Shown here: positions 8,703 to 17,415 of the stretch, one piece after another
Numbering within the stretch: position 1 is the first letter of the stretch
Layout: every line of letters starts with the position of its first letter
Origin: an uncultured archaeon
GTDB lineage: Archaea; Asgardarchaeota; Jordiarchaeia; Jordiarchaeales; Jordiarchaeaceae
Direction: 5' to 3'
DNA: 22,117 bases
Assembly (NCBI GenBank): GCA_964510585.1
Contig: CAZECW010000158.1
Span: 1-22,117 of the forward strand
Made by a program: the position numbers and the translations under genes
The notes under the pieces: generated by a model
Told to the model about the DNA's origin: nothing
The model's input: the letters and a program-made list of their open reading frames with translations, nothing else
Databases searched by the model: none

Positions 8703-8720
8703 CCTAAATTTAAATTTAGG
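8703..8720. promoter_or_regulatory. Perfect 18-bp palindrome containing a TATA-like core, upstream of the M28 gene
   Basis: CCTAAATTTAAATTTAGG is its own reverse complement; it lies 50 nt upstream of the TTG start. Confidence 0.5.
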
Positions 8721-9125
8721 GGTATCCCGCTCAAAAAATTGGTGTGACAGAATCCTGTAACCCTTCAAAAATATACGATATACATTTGGGCATTCCTTTT
8801 CACTTGTCTGGTATCCATAAATAAAGTCGAAACAGCCCTTTCTTCAGTTTTTGTAGACTCCTCACCCTCTTTTTGACCAAAAATGGTTAAATGTTTAGCA
8901 AAAGTTTTTATATGACCTAAAATAACAAATGAGAGTAGCATATTATAATATTATATTGCATTTATATCAGTTATTATTTAAGAATTACTTCAATGTAATA
9001 AATGGCCAAACTGGCAACGGCTACCTGCCAAGCATCACAATAAAGTTACCACCACTAAAATACAATAAACATTGAAGCAAGTAAACACGCCAAATTCAGT
9101 AGAAACAAATAATGGAGATGCTGTG

Positions 9126-9500
9126 ATGAGAGGAGTTTTTCTAAGTAGTTTAAGGAAACTCTTGAACGACATAGAGTGTGGAGAGTTGACAGACATAAAC
9201 GAATATCTTAGTGATTGCTGGAAGGAGTTGAGTCTAAGAGAAAAAGATAGCTCCATAAGTAGGGAAATCCTATCTAAAAATAGAGAAATATTGGAAAAAT
9301 TGACTCAAACCCTCCAAGAACACAAAGAGAGACCCCTAAGTGAAGAAAAACTACACCTAGTAAAATCAATTATTTACGGAGAACCAGCAAAACTGCAATA
9401 CGCCGAAAAGCCCCCAAACCTTAGTGAAATCTCAGAATTAAAAGACTTATTAGAGGAAATAGAAAGAAAAATGAAAAAACGCGGCAAACCAAAAAGGTAG
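9126..9500 (+). CDS. Hypothetical helical protein with a basic C-terminal tail
   Basis: Only long ORF in a 0.9-kb gap; GGAGA upstream of ATG 9126 (GTG 9123 is possible); A-rich coding-like composition; no recognised domain. Confidence 0.6.
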   Translation: MRGVFLSSLRKLLNDIECGELTDINEYLSDCWKELSLREKDSSISREILSKNREILEKLTQTLQEHKERPLSEEKLHLVKSIIYGEPAKLQYAEKPPNLSEISELKDLLEEIERKMKKRGKPKR

Positions 9501-9686
9501 TAAACGCTAACCCCCTTCATTTTCTAGTGTCGGTACACTTCCTGTTATGTTTCACTCTTTTACCATACTGGAGATACTCCAAGGCGCGAAGGGTTGGGAG
9601 GTTATCCACAATGCTCTTATTTTTCAACTTGAAACGTTTCTCCTGTGAATCTCTTTGATTCTTTTCAGTGGTAGGAGATTTGGCTT

Positions 9687-11789
9687 ATGGTTGACATGTC
9701 CGCGGAGAGGCGTCCTAATAGGTTGATTTTTCAGAAAAGTCCTTATCTTTTGCAGCATGCTTATAATCCTGTGGATTGGTATCCTTGGGGTGAGGAGGCT
9801 TTTGAGAAGGCCAGGAGGGAAGATAAACCCATTTTTCTTTCCATAGGCTACTCCACTTGTCACTGGTGCCACGTAATGGAAAAGGAATCATTTGAAGACC
9901 CTGAAGTAGCTAGACTGATGAATGAAACATTTGTTTCCATTAAGGTGGATAGGGAGGAGAGACCGGACATAGACAATGTTTACATGATGGTTTGCCAAAT
10001 GATGACTGGCTCCGGCGGTTGGCCCCTAACCATAATTATGACGCCTAGTGGGAAGCCCTTCTTTGCAGGCACATACATTCCTAAGGAGAGTAGGTTTGGT
10101 TTAACTGGGATTAAGACTCTGGTACCAAGGATTAAGGAGTTTTGGGAGAAACGTAGAGAAGAGGTGGAGAGTTCGGCTGAGCAAATAATCGCGTCAATCA
10201 AGTCTGCTTCAATGGAGACTCCGGGCGAAGATTTGGGCGAAGAAATTCTCCACAGATGCTACGAAAATCTTTACGATATCTTTGATGAGCAAAACGGGGG
10301 CTTCGGGTACGGTCGCAAGTTTCCCACGCCACACCACCTCTATTTTCTGCTCCGCTACTGGAAGCGCACCGGTGACGGTTGGTCTCTAAGAATGGTGGAA
10401 AAAACTCTTCAAGCTATGCGTCTTGGCGGCATATATGACCATGTAGGTTTTGGCTTCCACCGATACTCGGTGGATAACCAGTGGCTGGTTCCACATTTTG
10501 AAAAAATGCTTTATGATCAAGCATTGCTGGTGTTGGCTTACATAGAAGCCTATCAAGCCATTGGAAAATTGGTGTACGCCCAAACGGTTCGCGAAGTGTT
10601 GATCTATGTTTTGCGAGACATGGTTTCCCCAGAAGGAGGGTTTTACTCTGCTGAGGATGCCGATAGTGAAGGTGAGGAAGGGAAGTTTTACCTTTGGAGA
10701 GAGGAGGAAATCAGACAAATACTCTCGAGGGAAGAAGCGGAAGCCGTAATTAAAATCTACAACATTAGCAAGGAGGGTAACTTTGAGGAGGAGGCATCAA
10801 GGAGGAAGTCTGGAAAAAACATATTCCACCTCAGAAAACCACTCACCGAAATAATTTTGGAACTTCGAATGCCCTTGGAAGAAACATTAAAACTCTTAGA
10901 GAATGCGAGGCAGAAACTCTTTCTAGAGAGGGAGAAAAGGGTTCACCCACACAAAGACGACAAAATTTTAACCGATTGGAACGGTTTAATGATTGCGGCA
11001 CTGGCTAGAGCAGCTCAAGTCCTTGAAAAGCCGGAATACCTGCAAGCGGCCCAGAGGGCAGCTGATTTCATACTTGGGAAAATGCGCAACACAGAGGGAC
11101 GCCTTTATCACCGTTACCGTGAAGGTGAGGCTGCTATACCTGGCTTTTTGGATGACTATGCCTTCTTCATCTATGGACTCATTGAACTTTATGAGGCAAA
11201 CTTTGAAGTAAAGTACTTGAGGGAAGCTATCACCCTAGCTGGAGAAATGATTGAACATTTCTGGGACGATGTGAATGGAGGATTCTACTTTACTGCGGAT
11301 GACGCGGAAAATGTTCTTATCCGAAAGAAAGAAATATATGATGGTGCTTACCCCTCGGGGAATTCTATAGCAATGCTGGATCTGCTTCTCCTCAGTCGCT
11401 TAGCGGCAAACCCAGAATACGAAGATAAGGCTACACAAATAATGCGTTCCTTCTCTAGAACCGTCTCCATAAACCCCATGGGGCACACACAGTTAATGGT
11501 GGGATTAGATTTTGTATTAGGGCCTTCCTATGAGGTAGTCATTGTGGGTAACACTCATACTGATGATACCAAAACTATGCTAATAGCCCTCAGGGAAAAA
11601 TTTATTCCCAACAAGGTGGTGCTCTTTGTTCCAAGCGATGTAGAATCTCCCGAAATAACGGGAATTGCAAAGTTTACTGGAAATCAGAAGGTTGTTGGGG
11701 GAAAAGCAACAGCCTACGTGTGCCAGAATTATGCCTGCAAGCTCCCAACTACAGATATTGGAGAAATGCTCGAATTCCTAAAGGCATAA
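9687..11789 (+). CDS. yyaL: YyaL/SSP411 (SPATA20-like) thioredoxin-domain plus six-hairpin glycosidase-fold protein
   Basis: [97 protein letters not shown]; start could be ATG 9696. Confidence 0.93.
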   Translation: MVDMSAERRPNRLIFQKSPYLLQHAYNPVDWYPWGEEAFEKARREDKPIFLSIGYSTCHWCHVMEKESFEDPEVARLMNETFVSIKVDREERPDIDNVYMMVCQMMTGSGGWPLTIIMTPSGKPFFAGTYIPKESRFGLTGIKTLVPRIKEFWEKRREEVESSAEQIIASIKSASMETPGEDLGEEILHRCYENLYDIFDEQNGGFGYGRKFPTPHHLYFLLRYWKRTGDGWSLRMVEKTLQAMRLGGIYDHVGFGFHRYSVDNQWLVPHFEKMLYDQALLVLAYIEAYQAIGKLVYAQTVREVLIYVLRDMVSPEGGFYSAEDADSEGEEGKFYLWREEEIRQILSREEAEAVIKIYNISKEGNFEEEASRRKSGKNIFHLRKPLTEIILELRMPLEETLKLLENARQKLFLEREKRVHPHKDDKILTDWNGLMIAALARAAQVLEKPEYLQAAQRAADFILGKMRNTEGRLYHRYREGEAAIPGFLDDYAFFIYGLIELYEANFEVKYLREAITLAGEMIEHFWDDVNGGFYFTADDAENVLIRKKEIYDGAYPSGNSIAMLDLLLLSRLAANPEYEDKATQIMRSFSRTVSINPMGHTQLMVGLDFVLGPSYEVVIVGNTHTDDTKTMLIALREKFIPNKVVLFVPSDVESPEITGIAKFTGNQKVVGGKATAYVCQNYACKLPTTDIGEMLEFLKA

Positions 11790-11811
11790 AGAGGAGTAAA
11801 ATGAGGTGTTC

Positions 11812-12663
11812 TCACCTCTTCCCATATTTTGGGCTTCTTTTCTCCATAAAGGCCGTTAAAGCTTCAAAAATGTCTTTGGTACTCATGCAAACTACTTGGT
11901 TCCGGTTCTCAAGATATAATGCTGCTTCAAGGCTTGGAGCATCTATATTCATGTTTATTGCTTCCTTGGTTAAGCGTAGTCCGAGGGGGGTTTTCTTGAG
12001 CATTTCTCGTGCTAGTTCTAAAGCGGCTTCCATTAACTTGTCGTCTGGAACTACTCTGGAGACGAACCCTATTCTTTCAGCTTCCTGTGCATCTACGAAT
12101 CTTCCAGTGTATAGTATTTCTGCAGCTCGTGACAATCCGATTAGTCTTGGTAGAAAGTAGCTACTGCCCACATCGGTTCCCGACATGCCAATGTTGATGA
12201 ATGCGTTGTTAAATCTTGCACTTTCACCCGCTATCCTAATATCTGCAGCCATGGCTAGGGCGAAGCCTCCACCAGTTGCGGGGCCCTTCACAGCGGCGAT
12301 CACTGGCTGATTGATTTTCCTCAGCTGAAGTATGACATCAGCGATTCTTCTTTGTCCATACATTTTTCTCTTCGCTTCGTCTTCCACATTCAAATATTTC
12401 AACTTCGAATATTTATCTGGAAGATTGTCTAGGGACGCAAATAGAGAAGCTTCCTTGAGATCCGTTCCGGAACAAAACGCTCGGCCTTCCCCAGTAATTA
12501 TTAGCACTCGACAATCTACGTTCCACTCTAACTCGCCTAATAAGTCGTGAAGTTCCTCAATCATCTCAAAATTAAGTGCATTAAGTCTCTCCGGCCTATT
12601 AAGAGTTAATATACCTATACCTTCCTCTAATTCCTGATACCTAATAGTATTGTAATCCTTCAT
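11812..12663 (-). CDS. Enoyl-CoA hydratase/isomerase (crotonase) family protein, paralog 1
   Basis: LTLNRPERLNAL, GEGRAFCSGTDL, PVIAAVKGPATGGG, DAQEAERIG; SD GGAGG. Confidence 0.92.
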   Translation of the reverse strand: MKDYNTIRYQELEEGIGILTLNRPERLNALNFEMIEELHDLLGELEWNVDCRVLIITGEGRAFCSGTDLKEASLFASLDNLPDKYSKLKYLNVEDEAKRKMYGQRRIADVILQLRKINQPVIAAVKGPATGGGFALAMAADIRIAGESARFNNAFINIGMSGTDVGSSYFLPRLIGLSRAAEILYTGRFVDAQEAERIGFVSRVVPDDKLMEAALELAREMLKKTPLGLRLTKEAINMNIDAPSLEAALYLENRNQVVCMSTKDIFEALTAFMEKRSPKYGKR

Positions 12664-12712
12664 TTAGAAACCTCCACTAAGACAAGTTTGCTTAATTCAA
12701 CGTGATTAGAAA

Positions 12713-12720
12713 TTTATAAA
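12713..12720 (-). promoter_or_regulatory. Putative TATA box of crotonase paralog 1
   Basis: TTTATAAA 50 nt upstream of the ATG. Confidence 0.45.
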
Positions 12721-12841
12721 ATTGTAGGCAAGTCCCAGAAAAAATGGGTTAAAAAGTTGTAAATTGGTAAACGTTTTGGAAAAAATACTAAAAACTCTCA
12801 AAATTTGCCATCAGAGAAAAAGGTGGAGAGGGAATTATCTT

Positions 12842-14026
12842 TTAGGCCTTAAATTTTTCCCTCATGATTTTTTCTAACTCTTGTACTTGCACTTGTTGTC
12901 TCTTTTTAATTGCTTGTTTTACTTTTTGGATTGCCATTTCTTTTGCCACTTCGGTGGGAACTCTTTTCTCTTTGAGAGCCTTGGACAATACTTTTTTCAC
13001 TGAATCCGTTATTTTTTCCTCTACCAATTTGAAAGCCTGATCCTCGGTAGCACTCATGCGGTCTAAAGTGGCTGCAATGACGCCTCCAGAGTTTGAGATG
13101 AAGTCTGGAATAACAACTACTCCCTTCTCCAAAAGGATTTTTTCAGCCTCATCTGTGACTGGAATGTTGGCTCCAGAACTAATTAGTTTAGCCTTAATTT
13201 TACCTGCATTTTTCTTGTTTATCACGTATGGTCTGGCGCCAGGAACAAGTATATCTACAGGCAGAGTAAACAGCTCCTCTTTTTTGATTGGTTTGGCGTC
13301 CTTATACTCAAGAACCACTTTATCTCCATACTTCTTCCTCATGGTTAACATTTTTTCTACATCTATACCATTTGGATTATATATTGCGCCCTCAATTGTA
13401 GATAATGCCACAACTTTGGCTCCCGAACGAGCCATATATCTCGCTACTCCCCCGCCGACTTTTCCGAAGCCCTCTATAGCCACGGTTGCATCCTTTATGG
13501 GAAGCTTTATTTGTTGGCAGGCAACTTTGGCAGCTACAACTACCCCGTATCCTGTCAGGTGATCTTCTAGAGGCATACCTTCCTTTTCTTTGAGAGTTAA
13601 CCCACTGGGAGCTATTTCACTCATACCTGCATACTTGTATATTTTGCCCACATCCTCATCCGAAGTGCCCATATCCGCACCAGGAATATACATGAGTTGC
13701 TTCAAAAAGGGGGCGATTTGCCTACCATAAGCGGCGAGTATTTTTTCCCTGTTGGGAGCAGCAGGATCAGCGAATATTCCGGATTTAGCACCGCCCACAG
13801 GCATGTCCAATGCTGCAAACTTATAGGTCATAGCCCTAGCAAGGTGGAAGATTTCCTCGGTGGTTATATCGGGAAGCATTCTGATACCACCTGCAGCGAC
13901 CCCAAAGGCGGCGGTATCAATTACTATTACGCCTCTCATACCAGACCCGGGATCATACATTTGAAGTATGTACTCTGGACCCATATCATCCTTCAATCTA
14001 TCGATAATGTCAACTGACAACTTCAC
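12842..14026 (-). CDS. Glu/Leu/Phe/Val dehydrogenase family; probably not glutamate-specific
   Basis: AAGGIRM, MTYK, GGAKSGI (catalytic Lys), GADMGT, TGYGV, AIEGFGKVG (Rossmann), GANIP, PDFISNSGGV; GTG start after GGAGGT. Confidence 0.9.
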   Translation of the reverse strand: MKLSVDIIDRLKDDMGPEYILQMYDPGSGMRGVIVIDTAAFGVAAGGIRMLPDITTEEIFHLARAMTYKFAALDMPVGGAKSGIFADPAAPNREKILAAYGRQIAPFLKQLMYIPGADMGTSDEDVGKIYKYAGMSEIAPSGLTLKEKEGMPLEDHLTGYGVVVAAKVACQQIKLPIKDATVAIEGFGKVGGGVARYMARSGAKVVALSTIEGAIYNPNGIDVEKMLTMRKKYGDKVVLEYKDAKPIKKEELFTLPVDILVPGARPYVINKKNAGKIKAKLISSGANIPVTDEAEKILLEKGVVVIPDFISNSGGVIAATLDRMSATEDQAFKLVEEKITDSVKKVLSKALKEKRVPTEVAKEMAIQKVKQAIKKRQQVQVQELEKIMREKFKA

Positions 14027-14585
14027 ACCTCCAAAGGAAGCGAATAAATTCAGATTCTTTTTCCGTCATTCAAAGATAAAATATTTTCGATAAACTTCCA
14101 AATTTAAGAACCAATCACAGAACTAATTAGAAAAATCACATAAGAATAAGTGTGAAACCACTCTTGGAAAGCATTTAATATGAGTTACTCAATAGAAGTG
14201 TTGCTGTAAAGCCTTAAGGGTCAACTATATGCAAGATAGCGGGTATCTCTGGATAGGTGGATCTGTATTTTGAGTTTTCTGGTTTCTTGCAAGGGAGAAG
14301 GAGGACTGGGTTTAATGAGCTGCTTGTTTTACCAACCGGGTGATGTATATTCGCACGATTCCACCCCCCTATTTTGAGGCTCTAAATTTGAAAAGAAGCT
14401 GTATAAACGCTCTTTTTTAAGCAGAACTCTTCCAGATCACTCTGCCAACTATTCCTCTGGTGTGTAAGACTTTTTGGCATTTTAAGCATTGAAAATTGAA
14501 CATCATAAAGGGGTTAAAAAAAGATGTTTTTCTTTGGAGACCCATAAGTATGTGTGGATTATAAAAAAATGTCGAGGTTTTAGGG

Positions 14586-15434
14586 TTACCTTCTGGGATA
14601 TCTGGGTTCTCTTTTCTCAAAAAATGCTGCGATACCCTCTTTGGGATCAGTGGTGCCCATGCATATCACTTGAGCCCTGTTTTCCATGGCAAGAGCGGTT
14701 TCTAGGTTGGGGGCGTTAAAGTTTATATTTATGGAGGATTTAGTTAGCCTTAGACCTAGAGGACTTTTTGCCACAAGAATTTTTGCCATTGCTATCGCTT
14801 CATCCATAAGTTTGTCATCTGGAACCACGCGGGAAACAAGGCCGATTCTCTCTGCCTCCTGGGCATCTACAAACCTCGCAGTATAAATAATCTCCGCTGC
14901 TCTAGACCAGCCCACCAATCGGGGTAAAAAGTAGCTATTGCCTATATCCACTCCTGATAGTCCAAGCAGAAACACTGAGTTTCTAAACCTTGCGCTCTCC
15001 CCTGCGATGCGTATATCTGCAGCTAGAGAAAGAGCGAAGGCCATGCCCACCGCGGGACCCTTTATAGCGGCAATAATGGGCTGGGGTATCTGGCGCATTT
15101 TTAAAGCAAGCTGGGAGGTGCGCACCTGGGCATAGTATTGCCTTTTGGCCACTTCTGGAATATCCATGTACTTAATATGTTTGTAGTTCTCAATTATTTC
15201 TGGGGCATAGATTCTTGCACACTCGTTGAGATCCGTTCCAGCGCTAAATGCTCGTCCCTCACCGGTTAGGATCAGCACCCGCACATCCAAGTCCCACTCC
15301 AACTTGTTGAAAAGGTCGTGGAGCTCCTCAATCATCTGAATAGTGAAGGCATTCAGCTTATCTGGACGATTTAAGCTCACAACGGAGATTCCATCCTCTA
15401 ACTCCTTATACTTTATTGCTTCATAACTCTCCAC
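14586..15434 (-). CDS. Enoyl-CoA hydratase/isomerase (crotonase) family protein, paralog 2
   Basis: SLNRPDKLNAF, GEGRAFSAGTDL, PIIAAIKGPAVG, SYFLPRLVG, DAQEAERIG; GTG start with GGAGGT SD; collinear with paralog 1. Confidence 0.92.
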   Translation of the reverse strand: MESYEAIKYKELEDGISVVSLNRPDKLNAFTIQMIEELHDLFNKLEWDLDVRVLILTGEGRAFSAGTDLNECARIYAPEIIENYKHIKYMDIPEVAKRQYYAQVRTSQLALKMRQIPQPIIAAIKGPAVGMAFALSLAADIRIAGESARFRNSVFLLGLSGVDIGNSYFLPRLVGWSRAAEIIYTARFVDAQEAERIGLVSRVVPDDKLMDEAIAMAKILVAKSPLGLRLTKSSININFNAPNLETALAMENRAQVICMGTTDPKEGIAAFFEKREPRYPRR

Positions 15435-15493
15435 AAATATTACCTCCTTTTTAGAAAATATGTGTTAAACTAATTATTTTCACTACTCCTCCG

Positions 15494-15500
15494 TTATAAA
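15494..15500 (-). promoter_or_regulatory. Putative TATA box of crotonase paralog 2
   Basis: TTTATAA on the minus strand about 60 nt upstream of the GTG start. Confidence 0.4.
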
Positions 15501-15711
15501 TTTAGAGCTAGAAATTAAGCATCTAAAAGCTGAAATCTAAAAGTTTTCAGAGCAAATTGTTTGGGGAGGAAGTTTTTAAGAGGGAGATCTTTTATCATGT
15601 TCTTAGAAAAACAATTATTCCTTCCCTCTAATACCACAAAGCATTTCTTTAGCTTCTTTTGGGCGATAACCAAAATTCTCCAAAACTGTACACTAAGCGA
15701 AAGCATATTAT

Positions 15712-15844
15712 CTTGACAATGTTAAATTAGGTTGGTTTCCTTCCCAAAATTACCAAAAACAGGAGAAAAGTCACTTTCCCTCAAGATGAAAAGGGGAAGA
15801 AACTAGGGGAAAATTGCTAAGAAAACAAATTTAACATTGTCAAG
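15712..15844. mobile_element. MITE-like non-autonomous element, 133 bp, with 17-bp perfect terminal inverted repeats and 4-bp TTAT target-site duplication
   Basis: CTTGACAATGTTAAATT (15712-15728) and AATTTAACATTGTCAAG (15828-15844) are exact reverse complements; TTAT flanks both ends (15708-15711, 15845-15848); no coding capacity. Confidence 0.75.
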
Positions 15845-15907
15845 TTATCCAAAACTCCTAAACAAAAAATTGGAGGGGAAAAATGGATTTTATTGTGTTC
15901 TCTTATT

Positions 15908-17401
15908 TTATGGTAGATTGGGTAGTCCGGTTGGTCTTCTCTCGATTCCTTCAGCTTTGAAGTAGTCGTCTAGGGTTCTTTTCTTCACCATTTCCAGGTA
16001 GTCTAGGAGATTTTTCTCAATGCTTTTATCTAGTGGTTCGGGTTGATGTTCTTTCAATATTTTTTGCCATTTTTCCCTCGCAACATCAATGATGCTTTTT
16101 GAGCCTCGCTTTTCCCACACTTCCCTCTTGCTCCTATCTATTAGGAAGGGTATGTACTGTTCCTTCTGGAAGTTTTTAAGGGTGTGTTTGTGGCTTAGAT
16201 ATGAGCCGCCTGCACCCACCTCTTTTATTACGTCTACAGCTAGGGTGTTTTCGTTTACCTCTATGCCTTCCAAGGATCTTCTTATCATTCCTATGAGTTC
16301 CTCGTCAATCATTATGAGCTCCATGTTTGTTGTTATGCTGGATTCGATGGTTCCAGCGCAGGTGATGTAGTTTATTCTGGCAGCAGCCGCCATGAAGAGG
16401 GTGAGAGCCTTCTCAAATCCCGCTTGAATGTCCACAAGCATCGACTCGCTTGTTCCCGCTAACGCCCTCGAGGGAAGGCGATAGAACTTCGCAAGTTGGG
16501 CTGAGGCAGCATATATTAGTCCGGTTTCTATGGAGCCCAAGGCTATGTTTCCGGTGCGCATATCCGTTATGGTTGAGACGGTGCCATAGAGTACTGGTGT
16601 TCCCGGACTCACAAGTTCGCAGAGAACCAAGCTGCTGAGTATTTCGGCGTTTTGTTGGACTAGGAGGCCGGCGAGGGTTGAGGGTGCTGTGGCTCCAGCT
16701 TGGGCTTCAGGTGCAATTATCATGGGTTGCTTGTACCGGTTAAAAATCATCATTCCTCTCATAACAATGTCCGAAGTTTGCAGGGGACTAACGGGATTAT
16801 AGAAACCAATTATGCGGGGCTTCTTTATGAGCTCTTCCTCTCCTCCCGCAACCATGGAAACCATATTTATTACGTCTTGGGAAGCCATAACTCCATAGGG
16901 GCCTATGCCGAAACACTTTATCGTGTTTTTAGCCCAAGTCAATATCTCATAGGCGTGTATGGTTGTGAGGGGAACATCGTGGGCCCAAACATCAGTGTGG
17001 GAGGTGTTAATGTATTTTAGAGCGTCTATCAATCGGTACTTGTTCTCCACATCCTTAAGTGTGGTTTCTCTGACCTTTCCCGTTTCGGAATCGATAATCT
17101 TAACGGGGGTGGGTGAAAAGGTGAAGGTTAGTGTATCGCCTCCCACTCTCAGCTTGAACTTTTCCTCGCGACCGTATAGTATGAATTGGCTGGGAGCCTT
17201 GTTCAAAGCTTCTTTAACCATGTACTCCGGCATTTTCACCATGTGGCTTTCCTCGTTTACTTCCGCTCCCGCCTTCCTCAATATTTCTCGTGCCTCACCT
17301 ACATCTATTTTGACTCCCACATCCTCCAGTATTTCCATGGAGGCATTGTGGATCTGTGTAATATCATCGCTACTTAAAACCTCTAATCTTGGAAGCTTCA
17401 A
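15908..17401 (-). CDS. mttB: Trimethylamine methyltransferase (MttB) superfamily, non-pyrrolysine member
   Basis: IHNASMEILEDVGVKI, NPVSPLQ, QAGATAPSTLAGLLVQQNAEILS, PGTPVLYG, DMRTG, DIQAGFEK, IDEELIGMIRR, VGAGGSYLSHKHT; no in-frame TAG. Confidence 0.9.
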   Translation of the reverse strand: MKLPRLEVLSSDDITQIHNASMEILEDVGVKIDVGEAREILRKAGAEVNEESHMVKMPEYMVKEALNKAPSQFILYGREEKFKLRVGGDTLTFTFSPTPVKIIDSETGKVRETTLKDVENKYRLIDALKYINTSHTDVWAHDVPLTTIHAYEILTWAKNTIKCFGIGPYGVMASQDVINMVSMVAGGEEELIKKPRIIGFYNPVSPLQTSDIVMRGMMIFNRYKQPMIIAPEAQAGATAPSTLAGLLVQQNAEILSSLVLCELVSPGTPVLYGTVSTITDMRTGNIALGSIETGLIYAASAQLAKFYRLPSRALAGTSESMLVDIQAGFEKALTLFMAAAARINYITCAGTIESSITTNMELIMIDEELIGMIRRSLEGIEVNENTLAVDVIKEVGAGGSYLSHKHTLKNFQKEQYIPFLIDRSKREVWEKRGSKSIIDVAREKWQKILKEHQPEPLDKSIEKNLLDYLEMVKKRTLDDYFKAEGIERRPTGLPNLP

Positions 17402-17415
17402 ATCACCTTCCTCCT

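Noticed and set aside
8654-8734. N-terminal 27 codons of the 643-aa ORF-track call
   Set aside because: They overlap the palindrome/TATA region; a strong GGAGG SD precedes TTG 8653, which is the better start
8765-8941. 58-codon minus-strand ORF (MLLSFVILGH...), considered as a possible small GRE subunit
   Set aside because: No Cys residues, no SD, and it starts inside the AT-rich palindrome patch; probably chance
14315-14377. 20-aa plus-strand ORF (MSCLFYQPG...) behind GAAGGAGG
   Set aside because: Too short to support, SD spacing is long, and there is no recognisable motif; needs ribosome profiling
14379-15508. 11-bp inverted repeat GCTCTAAATTT / AAATTTAGAGC flanking crotonase 2, suggesting a mobilised cassette
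   Set aside because: Short and AT-rich, one copy overlaps the TATA box, and no target duplication was seen
15908-17401. Pyrrolysine or selenocysteine recoding
   Set aside because: The MttB ORF is uninterrupted with no in-frame TAG; no gene in the window appears split at TGA/TAG and no convincing SECIS was seen
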